Source of the DNA: Candidatus Daviesbacteria bacterium
GTDB lineage: Bacteria > Patescibacteriota > Microgenomatia > Daviesbacterales > UBA10151
Length of the DNA stretch: 64,000 bases
Reading direction: 5' to 3'
NCBI GenBank assembly: GCA_028715175.1
Contig: JAQUSJ010000001.1
Location: 546,386-610,385 of the forward strand
Part shown: piece by piece, positions 44,862-53,993 of the stretch
Numbering within the stretch: position 1 is the first letter of the stretch
Layout: each line of letters opens with the position of its first letter
Position numbers and translations under genes: made by a program
Notes under the pieces: generated by a model
Databases searched by the model: none
The model's input: the letters and a program-made list of their open reading frames with translations, nothing else
Told to the model about the DNA's origin: nothing

Positions 44862-46559
44862 ATGAGAGTTTCACTTTCCTGGCTCAAAGAATTAGTTGAT
44901 TATAAACTATCTCCTCAAGAACTGGCAGATAAATTGTCGCTTATTTCCATTGGAATAAAAAATCAAACACAAGACTCTCTGGAATTAGATTTAACATACA
45001 ATCGGGGTGACTTACTTTCCATGCGCGGAGTAGCCAGAGAAGTAGCTGCTGTAACAGGCTCTAAGCTATTATTTTCAAACCTCAAACCACCTACTTATCC
45101 TTGTTTGCCTGAAACCCCGGTACAAGTTGACAATAAAAGTCTTTGTCCGGTTTATTGTGTAGCTAAAATTGAAGGCATTAAGATTGAGCCATCGTCCGAT
45201 CAATGGGTAAAAAAATTAACGGATTGCGGTGTCAGATCTGTCAATAATATTGCTGATGTCACTAATTTGATCATGCTTGAGTATGGCCAACCCATGCATG
45301 CCTTTGATGCATCTCAAGTCAAAGACGGGATGCTGATTGTGAGAACTGCCAGGCAGGGTGAAAAAATTATGACACTTGATGGAAAGGATCGAATTTTAGA
45401 TGAAACTGACTTATTAATTGCGGATTCAGAAAAAGCTCTGGCGCTTGCCGGAGTAATGGGAGGAAAAGATTCTGAAATTACGCAAACTTCAACAACTATT
45501 CTCCTGGAGGCAGCCATTTTTGATCCTGTTTCCAATAGGAAAAGTTCTAAAAAACATGGCCTTTATTCTGAAAGCACAAAAAGATTCCAGCATGGCCTAA
45601 CTAAAACTAACTTGCTCCAGGCTCTTTCTGCTGCCATAAAAATGTATGAAGGTTTGGGTGGAAAACTGACTGCCATTACACTTACGGGAAACCTTCAGGA
45701 TCAAGTAAAAACCATCCAACTGACCCAGCAAAAGATCAATTCATTAATCGGGGTAGACATTCCATCAGGGGAGGTAGAATCATCCCTCAAAAAACTAGGA
45801 TTTAGACTAGAAGCAAAACACCTCGAAGGTGAAAAAATGCGATTACACCTTCGAGGTGGAATGGTTTGGGAAATAACAGTGCCTTATTGGAGACTGGATA
45901 TAGAAATTGAGGAGGATCTGATAGAAGAAGTAGCCAGAATGTATGGGTATGAAAAAATCCCCCCAAAAGCGCTTGAAGGGAATCTTCCGGAGAAAATCGA
46001 TCAAAGTTTTCCCAATTTTATTTATGATTTGAAAAAATCCTTAAAAGAGGCAGGTTTAACAGAAGTACAAACATATTCTTTTTATTCAACAAAAGTAATT
46101 GAAATCCGCCAGCTGGCGGAGAAAACTGAAAACTTAATTAAGATTGCTAATCCTATTTCATCTGAAACCGAGTATTTAAGGGACAATCTTTGGCCAAATC
46201 TGTTAGAAGTAGCTGCCAAAAATATCAGGAACGGAATAAAAGATATAGCTATTTTCGAGGTAGGCAAAGTGTATGCGCCACAAAAAGGTGATTTACCAAA
46301 AGAAACCTACCGATTGGCGATTGCTTTAGTAAACGGCACAGATAATCCCATCCAGGAGCTTAGTCAAATCTCCCAAAGTTTAGGATTACACCCCAAGGGT
46401 GTAATCGGGGGTTTACAGCTAAACCCAAGAGAATATTTTCATCCAACAAGGTATACAGATGATATAGCCGAAATTCACCCAAGATTTGTGAATAAATTCG
46501 GGATTGATCAAAGAGTGGCTGTTTTGGAAATAGAATTAAATCCTCTAACGAGGCCCTGA
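44862..46559 (+). CDS. pheT: Phenylalanine--tRNA ligase beta subunit (short, 565 aa), with two in-frame palindromic inserts
   Basis: N-terminal MRVSLSWLKELVDY; B3/4 and B5 regions present. Inserts at 45819..45858 (HLEGEKMRLHLRGG) and 46386..46423 (LHPKGVIGGLQLN). Confidence 0.85.
   Translation: MRVSLSWLKELVDYKLSPQELADKLSLISIGIKNQTQDSLELDLTYNRGDLLSMRGVAREVAAVTGSKLLFSNLKPPTYPCLPETPVQVDNKSLCPVYCVAKIEGIKIEPSSDQWVKKLTDCGVRSVNNIADVTNLIMLEYGQPMHAFDASQVKDGMLIVRTARQGEKIMTLDGKDRILDETDLLIADSEKALALAGVMGGKDSEITQTSTTILLEAAIFDPVSNRKSSKKHGLYSESTKRFQHGLTKTNLLQALSAAIKMYEGLGGKLTAITLTGNLQDQVKTIQLTQQKINSLIGVDIPSGEVESSLKKLGFRLEAKHLEGEKMRLHLRGGMVWEITVPYWRLDIEIEEDLIEEVARMYGYEKIPPKALEGNLPEKIDQSFPNFIYDLKKSLKEAGLTEVQTYSFYSTKVIEIRQLAEKTENLIKIANPISSETEYLRDNLWPNLLEVAAKNIRNGIKDIAIFEVGKVYAPQKGDLPKETYRLAIALVNGTDNPIQELSQISQSLGLHPKGVIGGLQLNPREYFHPTRYTDDIAEIHPRFVNKFGIDQRVAVLEIELNPLTRP
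45819..45858. repeat. Family-3 hairpin element (cacctcgaaggtg-N14-caccttcgaggtg), in-frame inside pheT
   Basis: 13-bp perfect stem; encodes HLEGEKMRLHLRGG. Confidence 0.6.
46386..46423. repeat. Family-1 in-frame palindromic element, copy 3 (variant with a 12-nt tcgggggtttac internal duplication), inside pheT
   Basis: ttacaccccaagggtgtaa + tcgggggtttac + agctaaa; the extra 12 nt keep the frame (LHPKGVIGGLQLN). Confidence 0.75.
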
Positions 46560-46771
46560 AGGAATTAGAAGTACAGCGTTAGGAACACCAGGCAGACACC
46601 TAGTTGATCCAGAAATAACACCTAGACTGCTTGGAGGAATGAATCTTCTTCCCATAGGCTCTTTATCTACTGGCTGCTCACTTGCTGATTCAGCAATACC
46701 AGTATTAGCTTCCGTTCCTTTTTTTACTTCAACCATATTTATTAGAATAAATTATATCATTTATTACAAAA

Positions 46772-49327
46772 TTACAAAGCCACAGTAACACCAATTGAGG
46801 AAGAAAAACTTCCGCCGTTATTATCTTCCAAAGTTATCGTGATTGTATGCGAACCTTTATCGCCAACTGGAAATTCCACATGCAGAGCAAAGGGCTCGGA
46901 AGTTTGAGTTGATTTTACCCCGCCGTCTATCAACCATGTAACTTTTTTAACACCTGCAGGTGAGTTAGCCCTGGCCAAAACATCAAAAACCCTTGGTACG
47001 TTGGCGCCGTTACTCACATTCACAATCTCCACAACTCCACCTCCGCCGGCAGTAAATCCGGGCACTCCGGAACAACCTCTGGTAGCACCCACCAAACGGG
47101 CATCAGCAGCTGTCAAAACCCACTGGTCTATACCGGTCTGCCATTTATTTGCTCCGGTCGGATCGTCTTCTTTTAAGACCACTACATCTTTTTCCTCGTT
47201 ATCTTCGTTATCATTAGCCAACCGGTGAGGATTGCTTTTACAGACTTTCTGGCGCTGATAAGCGCTTGATTCGTTTTTCGGCTCGGTTCCGGCTATAAAG
47301 TATTCTTTTCTGGTTGGAGAACCTGTATGCGGCTTTCCGGTCATCAAGCCGTCTACTTCAACTTGCACAACGTCATCCGGTCTTGGAAACGATTCATTAG
47401 GACTATTTTTAAGCACGGCAGCCATAATTTTATTCCAGATAGGGGAGGCGCCTGTTACGCCGGAAGCAACAACAGGACTCATTATAGAATTATCATTGTT
47501 GCCAACCCAAACTCCCACAACAACAGACGGCGTATATCCGATTGTCCAATTATCTCTTTTTTCATCAGTTGTTCCGGTTTTAACTGCCACGGTTTTACCG
47601 GACACGTTTAGGACTGAATTTGAACCAAAGGCTGCTGTCCTGGCGCCATTGTCAGAAAGGATATCTGAAATAATAAAAGCAATACTCGGATCCAAAACTT
47701 CTCTTCCCGCTGACTCATGGAATTCGAAAAGGGTTTTACCTTTACTGTCTGTAACTTTCAAAATAGAAACAGGATCAAGCTGGCGACCCTGGTTGGCAAA
47801 AACTGAATAGGCCGAGGTTAAATCAAGAAGCCTGACTTCTCTGCCTCCCAAAACAAGACTTAAGCCAACTGAAGCTACATTTTCATCCGAAGGCTCCCAG
47901 GTTGTTAGACCCATTTGATAACCCAGCGACAGCACATCTTTTACTCCAACCAGGCCTAAGTTCTTAACAGCAGCAATATTGTATGAATTACCCAGGGCAT
48001 ACCTCATCTGAACAACTCCGTGATATTGACCGTCGTAATTAACAGGAATATAGGTAGGTTTATTACCTCCGGGAAACTCGGTTTTAACATCCATGTAAAC
48101 TTGATTTGCCGTATATCCCTTTTGCAAAGCTTTAGAGTAGGCGATCGGTTTGGTTGCAGAACCGGGTTGCCTTGGGCTGGTGGCTACATTTACATTAGGT
48201 TCAAAGCTGCAAGTTATTCCTTCTTTACACCCGTCAGGCGCAGATTTACCAAAATAATCCCTGCTTCCAACCATAGCAAGAATCTGGCCGGTTTTTGGAT
48301 CCAACACCACAGCTGCTCCATTACCAACTTTGGCTGATGATAAGTTATCTACTTCTTTTTTAACTATCTTCTCTGTTTGTTCCTGCAAATCATAATCCAG
48401 CGTGGTAGTTACCTTTAAACCTCCGCCTTCCACCATCTTGTCTCCGAATTGCTCGATTAGCTTCTCCTTCACATAAAGAACAAAATGAGGCGCCTTGAAA
48501 CCCTGTTCACTTTGGCCTGTCCTGTAAATCAACTGCTCCGCTGTTGCTGTCGTAGCTTGATTTTCCGTAATAAACTTATCTTCAACCATCCTGTTCAAAA
48601 CTTCTTTTTGCCTGACTTGCGCCAGCTCAGGATGGCTGCCGTAGGGTGAGTAAACAGAAGGACGCTGAGGCAAACCTGCCAAAAGGGAGGCTTCCGCAAG
48701 ATCCAAATCCTTAGCGGATTTTCCAAAATATAAATTAGCTGCAGCCTCAATTCCGTAAGCTGTCCCGCCATAAGGAATTTCGTTCAAGTACATCTCTAAA
48801 ATTTCATCCTTAGAGTAAGTGCGTTCTACCTGCACTGCCAGAATGAATTCCTTAAGTTTCCGGGTTAGAGTCCTCTCACCGGAAAGCAAAGCATTTTTAA
48901 CCAGCTGTTGAGTCAACGTAGATCCACCTTCAACCCGACGGTGAATCACCAGTTCAAAAACAGACCTGATAATACCGGTAATAGAAAAACCGGAATGTTT
49001 GTAGAAATCCTTATCCTCAATAGCAATGGTCGCTTCTTTGACATATTCAGGGATTTCGGCTAATTTTATGGGGGTCCTGTTTTGGTTTTGGTAAATGTCA
49101 TAAAGCAATTGTCCTTTTCTATCATAAATTTTGGTGGCCTGGGCAATGTCGCGGTTTGATAAATCGGAAGGATTGGGTATTTGAGTTGCAAAAAAAATTA
49201 CGGATCCAAAAAGGAGCAACAAAAAACCTACTACAATAACCAGCATTCCGGTAGATAAATTTGATAAAAACTTAAACTTCCAGATCCTTTTATTTTCCTG
49301 TCTAGTTTTCCACGAACCCGGGGTCAT
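46772..49327 (-). CDS. Penicillin-binding protein 1A (bifunctional glycosyltransferase GT51 / transpeptidase) with a C-terminal Ig-like extension
   Basis: GT51 motifs EDKDFYKH, RVEGGSTLTQQLVKN; TPase SxxK GSATKP, SYN, KTGT; N-terminal TM. Confidence 0.85.
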   Translation of the reverse strand: MTPGSWKTRQENKRIWKFKFLSNLSTGMLVIVVGFLLLLFGSVIFFATQIPNPSDLSNRDIAQATKIYDRKGQLLYDIYQNQNRTPIKLAEIPEYVKEATIAIEDKDFYKHSGFSITGIIRSVFELVIHRRVEGGSTLTQQLVKNALLSGERTLTRKLKEFILAVQVERTYSKDEILEMYLNEIPYGGTAYGIEAAANLYFGKSAKDLDLAEASLLAGLPQRPSVYSPYGSHPELAQVRQKEVLNRMVEDKFITENQATTATAEQLIYRTGQSEQGFKAPHFVLYVKEKLIEQFGDKMVEGGGLKVTTTLDYDLQEQTEKIVKKEVDNLSSAKVGNGAAVVLDPKTGQILAMVGSRDYFGKSAPDGCKEGITCSFEPNVNVATSPRQPGSATKPIAYSKALQKGYTANQVYMDVKTEFPGGNKPTYIPVNYDGQYHGVVQMRYALGNSYNIAAVKNLGLVGVKDVLSLGYQMGLTTWEPSDENVASVGLSLVLGGREVRLLDLTSAYSVFANQGRQLDPVSILKVTDSKGKTLFEFHESAGREVLDPSIAFIISDILSDNGARTAAFGSNSVLNVSGKTVAVKTGTTDEKRDNWTIGYTPSVVVGVWVGNNDNSIMSPVVASGVTGASPIWNKIMAAVLKNSPNESFPRPDDVVQVEVDGLMTGKPHTGSPTRKEYFIAGTEPKNESSAYQRQKVCKSNPHRLANDNEDNEEKDVVVLKEDDPTGANKWQTGIDQWVLTAADARLVGATRGCSGVPGFTAGGGGVVEIVNVSNGANVPRVFDVLARANSPAGVKKVTWLIDGGVKSTQTSEPFALHVEFPVGDKGSHTITITLEDNNGGSFSSSIGVTVAL

Positions 49328-49446
49328 GTAGTGATTATAGCAGAAATTAGGTATAATACACTTGTTACGAGATAGAGATCATAATGGACTTTTCAGTAGA
49401 TTGACTAAATAATAGTTTGAGGTATGGACAGAAAAATCCAAATGAT

Positions 49447-49529
49447 CCGGAGGTGGCAGAGTGGCCAATTGCAGCTGACTGTAAATCAGCCGGGATTTCC
49501 CTGCGAGGGTTCGAATCCTTCCCTCCGGA
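49447..49529 (+). tRNA. tRNA-Tyr (anticodon GUA), long variable arm
   Basis: CCGGAGG TG GCAGAGTGGCCAATTGC A GCTGA CTGTAAA TCAGC CGGGATTTCCCTGC GAGGG TTCGAAT CCTTC CCTCCGG A. Confidence 0.8.
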
Positions 49530-49655
49530 CTTTGTAAAATTTGACCAGTCTAGTACTGGACAAATTTTTGCAATTTCGAGGATTAAGGATTTGAAGAGCG
49601 CACTTGCTTGCAAGTAAGTCTGTTCGTTCTTTTTGGCTCTTGTCAAAAAGGGTAT

Positions 49656-49676
49656 ATCATCCTCCCCTCCGGACTT
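49656..49676 (+). repeat. Partial duplicate of the tRNA-Tyr 3' end (atcctcccctccggactt vs atccttccctccggactt), 130 bp downstream of the tRNA
   Basis: 17/18 identity read directly; att-site-like repeat. Confidence 0.5.
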
Positions 49677-50077
49677 AAAATGTTATAATTATCATATAAA
49701 TAATATGGGTGGAAATAATTGTGAATTCCGAACAGGCTGTCCTTATAAAAGAGAATTTTTACTCCGGGATAAATGCGCAATGGGATCAGACGATAATGAT
49801 TCATCCAGTGCTGTAGAAACCTGTGGTCGTGTACTATCTGAACTGTTGCTTGGTAATAGACTCCTACGAAGAGGAACCAAAGATACAAGAGGTTGCGTTC
49901 CTCGTGTAGCGTCAGATGGTTCGTACTCTATAACTTTTAATCGACCTCCACGAGAGGATTAAAATCCTCTGCTCCCCATAGACTTAAACTCTAGCAACAC
50001 CCCCAGTTAAACCAATGTTAAAAGTTGACAAATTTAAGGAACTTGGAGTAGTGTAAAATTACAAAGATAACCCGAAA

Positions 50078-51238
50078 ATGCAAAGAGGAATTGCTACTTT
50101 TACACTAGACTGGGGAACCTGCCCTAAATGGCTTTTTGAAAGAATGGTCCGTTTGGGCAGGGAAATAACCAGGGTTTTGATCGAAGAATATGGCCCGGAT
50201 GAGTTTATCAAAAGAATTGCTGACCCTGTCTGGTTTCAAAGTTTAGGCACAGTTTTAGCCTTTGACTGGAATGCCTCGGGACTAACAACAATACTTACAG
50301 CAGCTCTCAAAGAGGCTATAAGGGGAGAGGAGCAGCATTTTGGGATTTTTATTTGTGGAGGCAAAGGTAAAACTTCCCGCAAAACTCCTGATGAAATTCT
50401 GAGATGGGGTGAAAGATTAAATCTACCTCCAGCTCATGCTAACAACTTAGTTTATAACTCCAGAATGTCTGCCAAAGTTGACTCTTCTCTTATCCAGGAC
50501 GGTTTTCAAATCTATCACCACAGTTTCTTTTTCTCTAATCCGCCGACTGGCGGAGGTGTCTGGGCAGTTGTTCAGCAAGGGATGAATACAGGTAATCTTA
50601 CTGCCAGAAGGTACCATTGGTACTCGGAAAATATTGATGATTTAGTTTGCGAACCTCACTCCGGCATCGTTACTCAAGCTGCTCAAAACGAGGTTTTAAA
50701 TTTAACTGCCAAAGCTAGTACCAAAACCCGAAACTTAAGCACGCAGTTAGTTTCTAACGGTTACCAGACTCTAATAAAAGATATTGAACTTTTAAGAAAA
50801 CATTCATCAAAGTTAAGCAAAATGATGAAAGTATCTATAAAAGGAGAGGAGCTGACTTTGTTAAAACTGGCAGGCAGTGAATTTCATCACCATCCGGTGG
50901 AAGATGAAGATTTCTGGGATAGTCCATATCTTAAAAAGATTCTGGAAAGATTATCAGGGGAAAAGCCCAAAACCTATGAAAGTCTTCTGGGAAGCCGAGG
51001 GGTGGGGCCAAAAACTATCAGGGCTTTAAGCTTGGTTTCAGAAGTAATTTATGGGGCCACACCTTCTTATGAAGACCCTGCCCGCTATAGTTTTGCCCAC
51101 GGCGGAAAAGATGCCACTCCTTATCCGGTAGACCGGCCAACCTATGATTCGACAATTGAAACTTTAAGAAAAGTGGTGATTAAATCAAGAATCAACCCTT
51201 GGGAAAAGGACAAAGTGCTGAGACGTCTGTCTCACTAA
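50078..51238 (+). CDS. DUF763-like hypothetical protein
   Basis: The N-terminus ATFTLDWGTCPKWLFERMVRLGREITRVLIEEYGPDEFIKRIADPVWFQSLGTVLAFDWNASGLTTI resembles DUF763 as I recall it; a TTGACA -35 lies at 50022..50027. Confidence 0.4.
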   Translation: MQRGIATFTLDWGTCPKWLFERMVRLGREITRVLIEEYGPDEFIKRIADPVWFQSLGTVLAFDWNASGLTTILTAALKEAIRGEEQHFGIFICGGKGKTSRKTPDEILRWGERLNLPPAHANNLVYNSRMSAKVDSSLIQDGFQIYHHSFFFSNPPTGGGVWAVVQQGMNTGNLTARRYHWYSENIDDLVCEPHSGIVTQAAQNEVLNLTAKASTKTRNLSTQLVSNGYQTLIKDIELLRKHSSKLSKMMKVSIKGEELTLLKLAGSEFHHHPVEDEDFWDSPYLKKILERLSGEKPKTYESLLGSRGVGPKTIRALSLVSEVIYGATPSYEDPARYSFAHGGKDATPYPVDRPTYDSTIETLRKVVIKSRINPWEKDKVLRRLSH

Positions 51239-51257
51239 CAGATTAGGAAGATCTTGT

Positions 51258-53063
51258 CTATCTGCATACCGGAGTTTTAACCCGGCCAAATTTTTGGCCT
51301 AAACGTAAAACTAAAGTCAGAAAAAAGTAATAAAATTTTCCATGGTAGTGTTTTGAGGATTCTATTAAATGCTCGTTAGCTTTTTCCTGACCAATCCTTT
51401 TGGTGGAACCACCATGGAAATGGATAAATTTGGCTGATGGAACAAAATAAATCGGTATCCCAAAGGCTTTAAGCCTCCTGGCATACTCAATATCCTCAAA
51501 GAAGATAAATGTTTCCTCGTTCAATAAACCAACCCTGTTTAAAATTTTTCTCGGAATTAAAAGACACGCCATTACCAATCCTTCAACTTTATACCACCTG
51601 GGAGGTGGGCTTTGACTCCTCCCAGGTGAATCAGGCAAAAACATGAAATATGAACCTTTTTGGGCAAGGAAATATTCTTTAAAAGCACCAGATAAAGTAG
51701 GGAGATGAAAAGCAGAGTCTTGGTCACTCGTGTCCGGAAACACTAATTTTCCACCCAAAACAGCGCTACCTCCAAATTCATCTTCAGCTTTTACCAACTC
51801 CGAAATCCCGTTTTTTAAAACTTCTATATCAGAATTAAACATCAAGTAATATTCACCCAGGGAAAACCTGATTGTCTTGTTATAACCTTTGGTAAACCCC
51901 TCATTCTCTTGATTTTGTAAATATTTAATCTTGGGCAGAAACTCTTTGATGACATCCTTGCAAGGATCAGTTAAACCATTATCCAAAACAATCACTTCCA
52001 TGTCACTGGGGCGAAAGCCGGAATCTATATTAAAAATACTTTCTAAAAGTTTCTTAGTTAGATCTGGCGTATTGTAATTAACTATGCCTATCGACAGCTT
52101 AAGCGGATACTCTGCATTCCCACTCGTCAAGTGGGAAGCTAAATTTCCATTACCTGTTACCCCTAAATAAAAATCCAAAATACCTCTTCTTTGAACAGGC
52201 CTGCCAAAAATCAAAAGCTTAACCGCCTCTCGAACCAGGGCAAATCTGGTCCTCAATCTTCCGTATTGCATGCCAAAAATTAACCTGTTCCTGGTGTGAT
52301 AATAATCTGTTATCTTGGAACCAATGCCGGTTGAGCTGGAAACTTTGTGGTAAACCGCTACTTGACCATTGTAGTAAGTTTTGAATCCATTGTCTTTGGC
52401 TCTTTTTACAAAATCACTATCCTCAAAATACAGAAAATATCTCTCATCAAATCCGCTCTCCGGCGGAGCGATTTTTTCCATGACTTCTTTTTTAATCAGG
52501 ACGCATGCACCGCTAATGATTTCCGCCTCTTCAACCTTATCGTATTGTCCCTTATCTACCTCATCAATTCCGCGGTGAATGGAGCCGATATTATCCCAGT
52601 CAAATCTTCCTCCCGCATACCAGATAATCCGGCCTGAATCCTGCTTCTTGTACCTGTCCCTATGAAACTCAAAACCAGGTGCAAAGTAAATCTTGGGGGA
52701 AACCAGACCAATTTTAGGATCAAACTGCGCTGTTTTCACCAGTTCTGAAGTTAAATTAGAATCTTTTATCAAACAGTCATTGTTGATGAGTAAAAAATAA
52801 TCTGCCCCCCAAATTCTGGCATATTCAACGCCTCGGTTGTAACCGCCAGCAAATCCCAAATTTTCTCCGGTTTGTAAAATATCAACCTCCGTAAATCTTT
52901 TTCTGATCTCAGAAACACTTCCATCCCAAGAGCCATTATCTACCACAATAGTTCGTAGTTTGTAGTTTGTAGTTTGTAGTTTGCCAAGAGATTCCAGAAA
53001 TTCCAGCGTATCTTTTTTACCATTATAATTTACAGTAATAATTGCAATTTTAGTCATATTCAT
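51258..53063 (-). CDS. Tandem double family-2 glycosyltransferase (two GT2 domains), with a family-2 palindromic insert in the inter-domain linker
   Basis: Domain 1 IAIITVNYNGKKDT...VVDNGSWDGS; domain 2 LSIGIVNYNTPDLT...VLDNG; the linker NLASHLTSGN is encoded by 52117..52140. Confidence 0.8.
   Translation of the reverse strand: MNMTKIAIITVNYNGKKDTLEFLESLGKLQTTNYKLRTIVVDNGSWDGSVSEIRKRFTEVDILQTGENLGFAGGYNRGVEYARIWGADYFLLINNDCLIKDSNLTSELVKTAQFDPKIGLVSPKIYFAPGFEFHRDRYKKQDSGRIIWYAGGRFDWDNIGSIHRGIDEVDKGQYDKVEEAEIISGACVLIKKEVMEKIAPPESGFDERYFLYFEDSDFVKRAKDNGFKTYYNGQVAVYHKVSSSTGIGSKITDYYHTRNRLIFGMQYGRLRTRFALVREAVKLLIFGRPVQRRGILDFYLGVTGNGNLASHLTSGNAEYPLKLSIGIVNYNTPDLTKKLLESIFNIDSGFRPSDMEVIVLDNGLTDPCKDVIKEFLPKIKYLQNQENEGFTKGYNKTIRFSLGEYYLMFNSDIEVLKNGISELVKAEDEFGGSAVLGGKLVFPDTSDQDSAFHLPTLSGAFKEYFLAQKGSYFMFLPDSPGRSQSPPPRWYKVEGLVMACLLIPRKILNRVGLLNEETFIFFEDIEYARRLKAFGIPIYFVPSAKFIHFHGGSTKRIGQEKANEHLIESSKHYHGKFYYFFLTLVLRLGQKFGRVKTPVCR
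52117..52140. repeat. Family-2 in-frame palindromic element inside the double-GT2 gene linker
   Basis: Identical 24-mer to the glmS copy; encodes ASHLTSGN. Confidence 0.8.
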
Positions 53064-53075
53064 AAATCATAAATC

Positions 53076-53993
53076 TTAAATCACTTTTAAACCTTCCAAA
53101 TAAACTCTGGCCCTTTTAGTTTTCCCTAAAACAGAAAAGGCGATTATTCTCAAGAGTAAACCGATGATTAAAAATAGTTTTACCAACCAATAAAAAGTTC
53201 TATAATGTTTTTTCAAATAAAACTTAATGCCTTTTAATTCATTGATAAAACTGGAACTTAAGTCAAAACTTGTGCTGGCTCCATGGAGATGAACCACCTC
53301 AATACGAGGAACATACCAAATTTTAAACTTGGCATCCTTGATTCTTTTACACCATTCTACTTCTTCCATATGCATAAATAAATTCTCGTCAAAACCGCCA
53401 ACTTTACTGTAAATTTCTCTTTTCAGCATAAAAAAAGCGCCCATAACCCAACCAACTTGATGAGCTTTGGAGAAAAACTTTCTATCTCTTGGATGAAAAG
53501 AAGCAGCCAATCTGTTGATGAAAGGTATTAGACTTAAACCAAAAATCCAAAAAAATATATTTAAAGGGGTAGGCAAATTACCGCAACTCGGCTGAAGTTC
53601 TCCGCTTGCATAATTTAATCTGGCGCCCAGGGAGTCGCAATTTAAATTAACCCTAAAGTAAGCCAGCGCTTTATATAAACTCTCTTCCTCAACGTAAACA
53701 TCGGAATTAAGCAGTAGAATATACGGATACTTAGACTGCCTCAAACATACATTATTTCCCTTGCTAAATCCCAGATTTTCCTTTGAAATAATCAATTTTA
53801 CCCGGGGATATTCTGATTTTATAAGACCAACTGAACCGTCGGAAGATCCGTTATCCAAAACTATCACTTCAATTTTATTACCCAGTCTTTTTTCACAATA
53901 GCTTTTGGCTTGCTCAAGCTTAATAAGACACCTGCGAGTTATGTCTTTTGTATTAAAGCTCAAAATGATAACTGATAAATCTAAATTATTCAT
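53076..53993 (-). CDS. Family-2 glycosyltransferase
   Basis: LSVIILSFNTKDITRRCL...VLDNGSSDGS. Confidence 0.8.
   Translation of the reverse strand: MNNLDLSVIILSFNTKDITRRCLIKLEQAKSYCEKRLGNKIEVIVLDNGSSDGSVGLIKSEYPRVKLIISKENLGFSKGNNVCLRQSKYPYILLLNSDVYVEEESLYKALAYFRVNLNCDSLGARLNYASGELQPSCGNLPTPLNIFFWIFGLSLIPFINRLAASFHPRDRKFFSKAHQVGWVMGAFFMLKREIYSKVGGFDENLFMHMEEVEWCKRIKDAKFKIWYVPRIEVVHLHGASTSFDLSSSFINELKGIKFYLKKHYRTFYWLVKLFLIIGLLLRIIAFSVLGKTKRARVYLEGLKVI

Noticed and set aside
46545-46736. 63-aa minus-strand ORF between pheT and PBP1A
   Set aside because: Overlaps the pheT stop region and has no RBS or motif; probably spurious, though a small protein cannot be excluded.
49633-49962. 109-aa ORF and possible RNase P/tmRNA in the 400-bp gap after tRNA-Tyr
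   Set aside because: Low-complexity protein with no motif. I could not find P4/GGAAAGUCCGG-type RNase P motifs, a tmRNA tRNA-like domain, or an ANDENYALAA-type tag frame; left as an unannotated gap.
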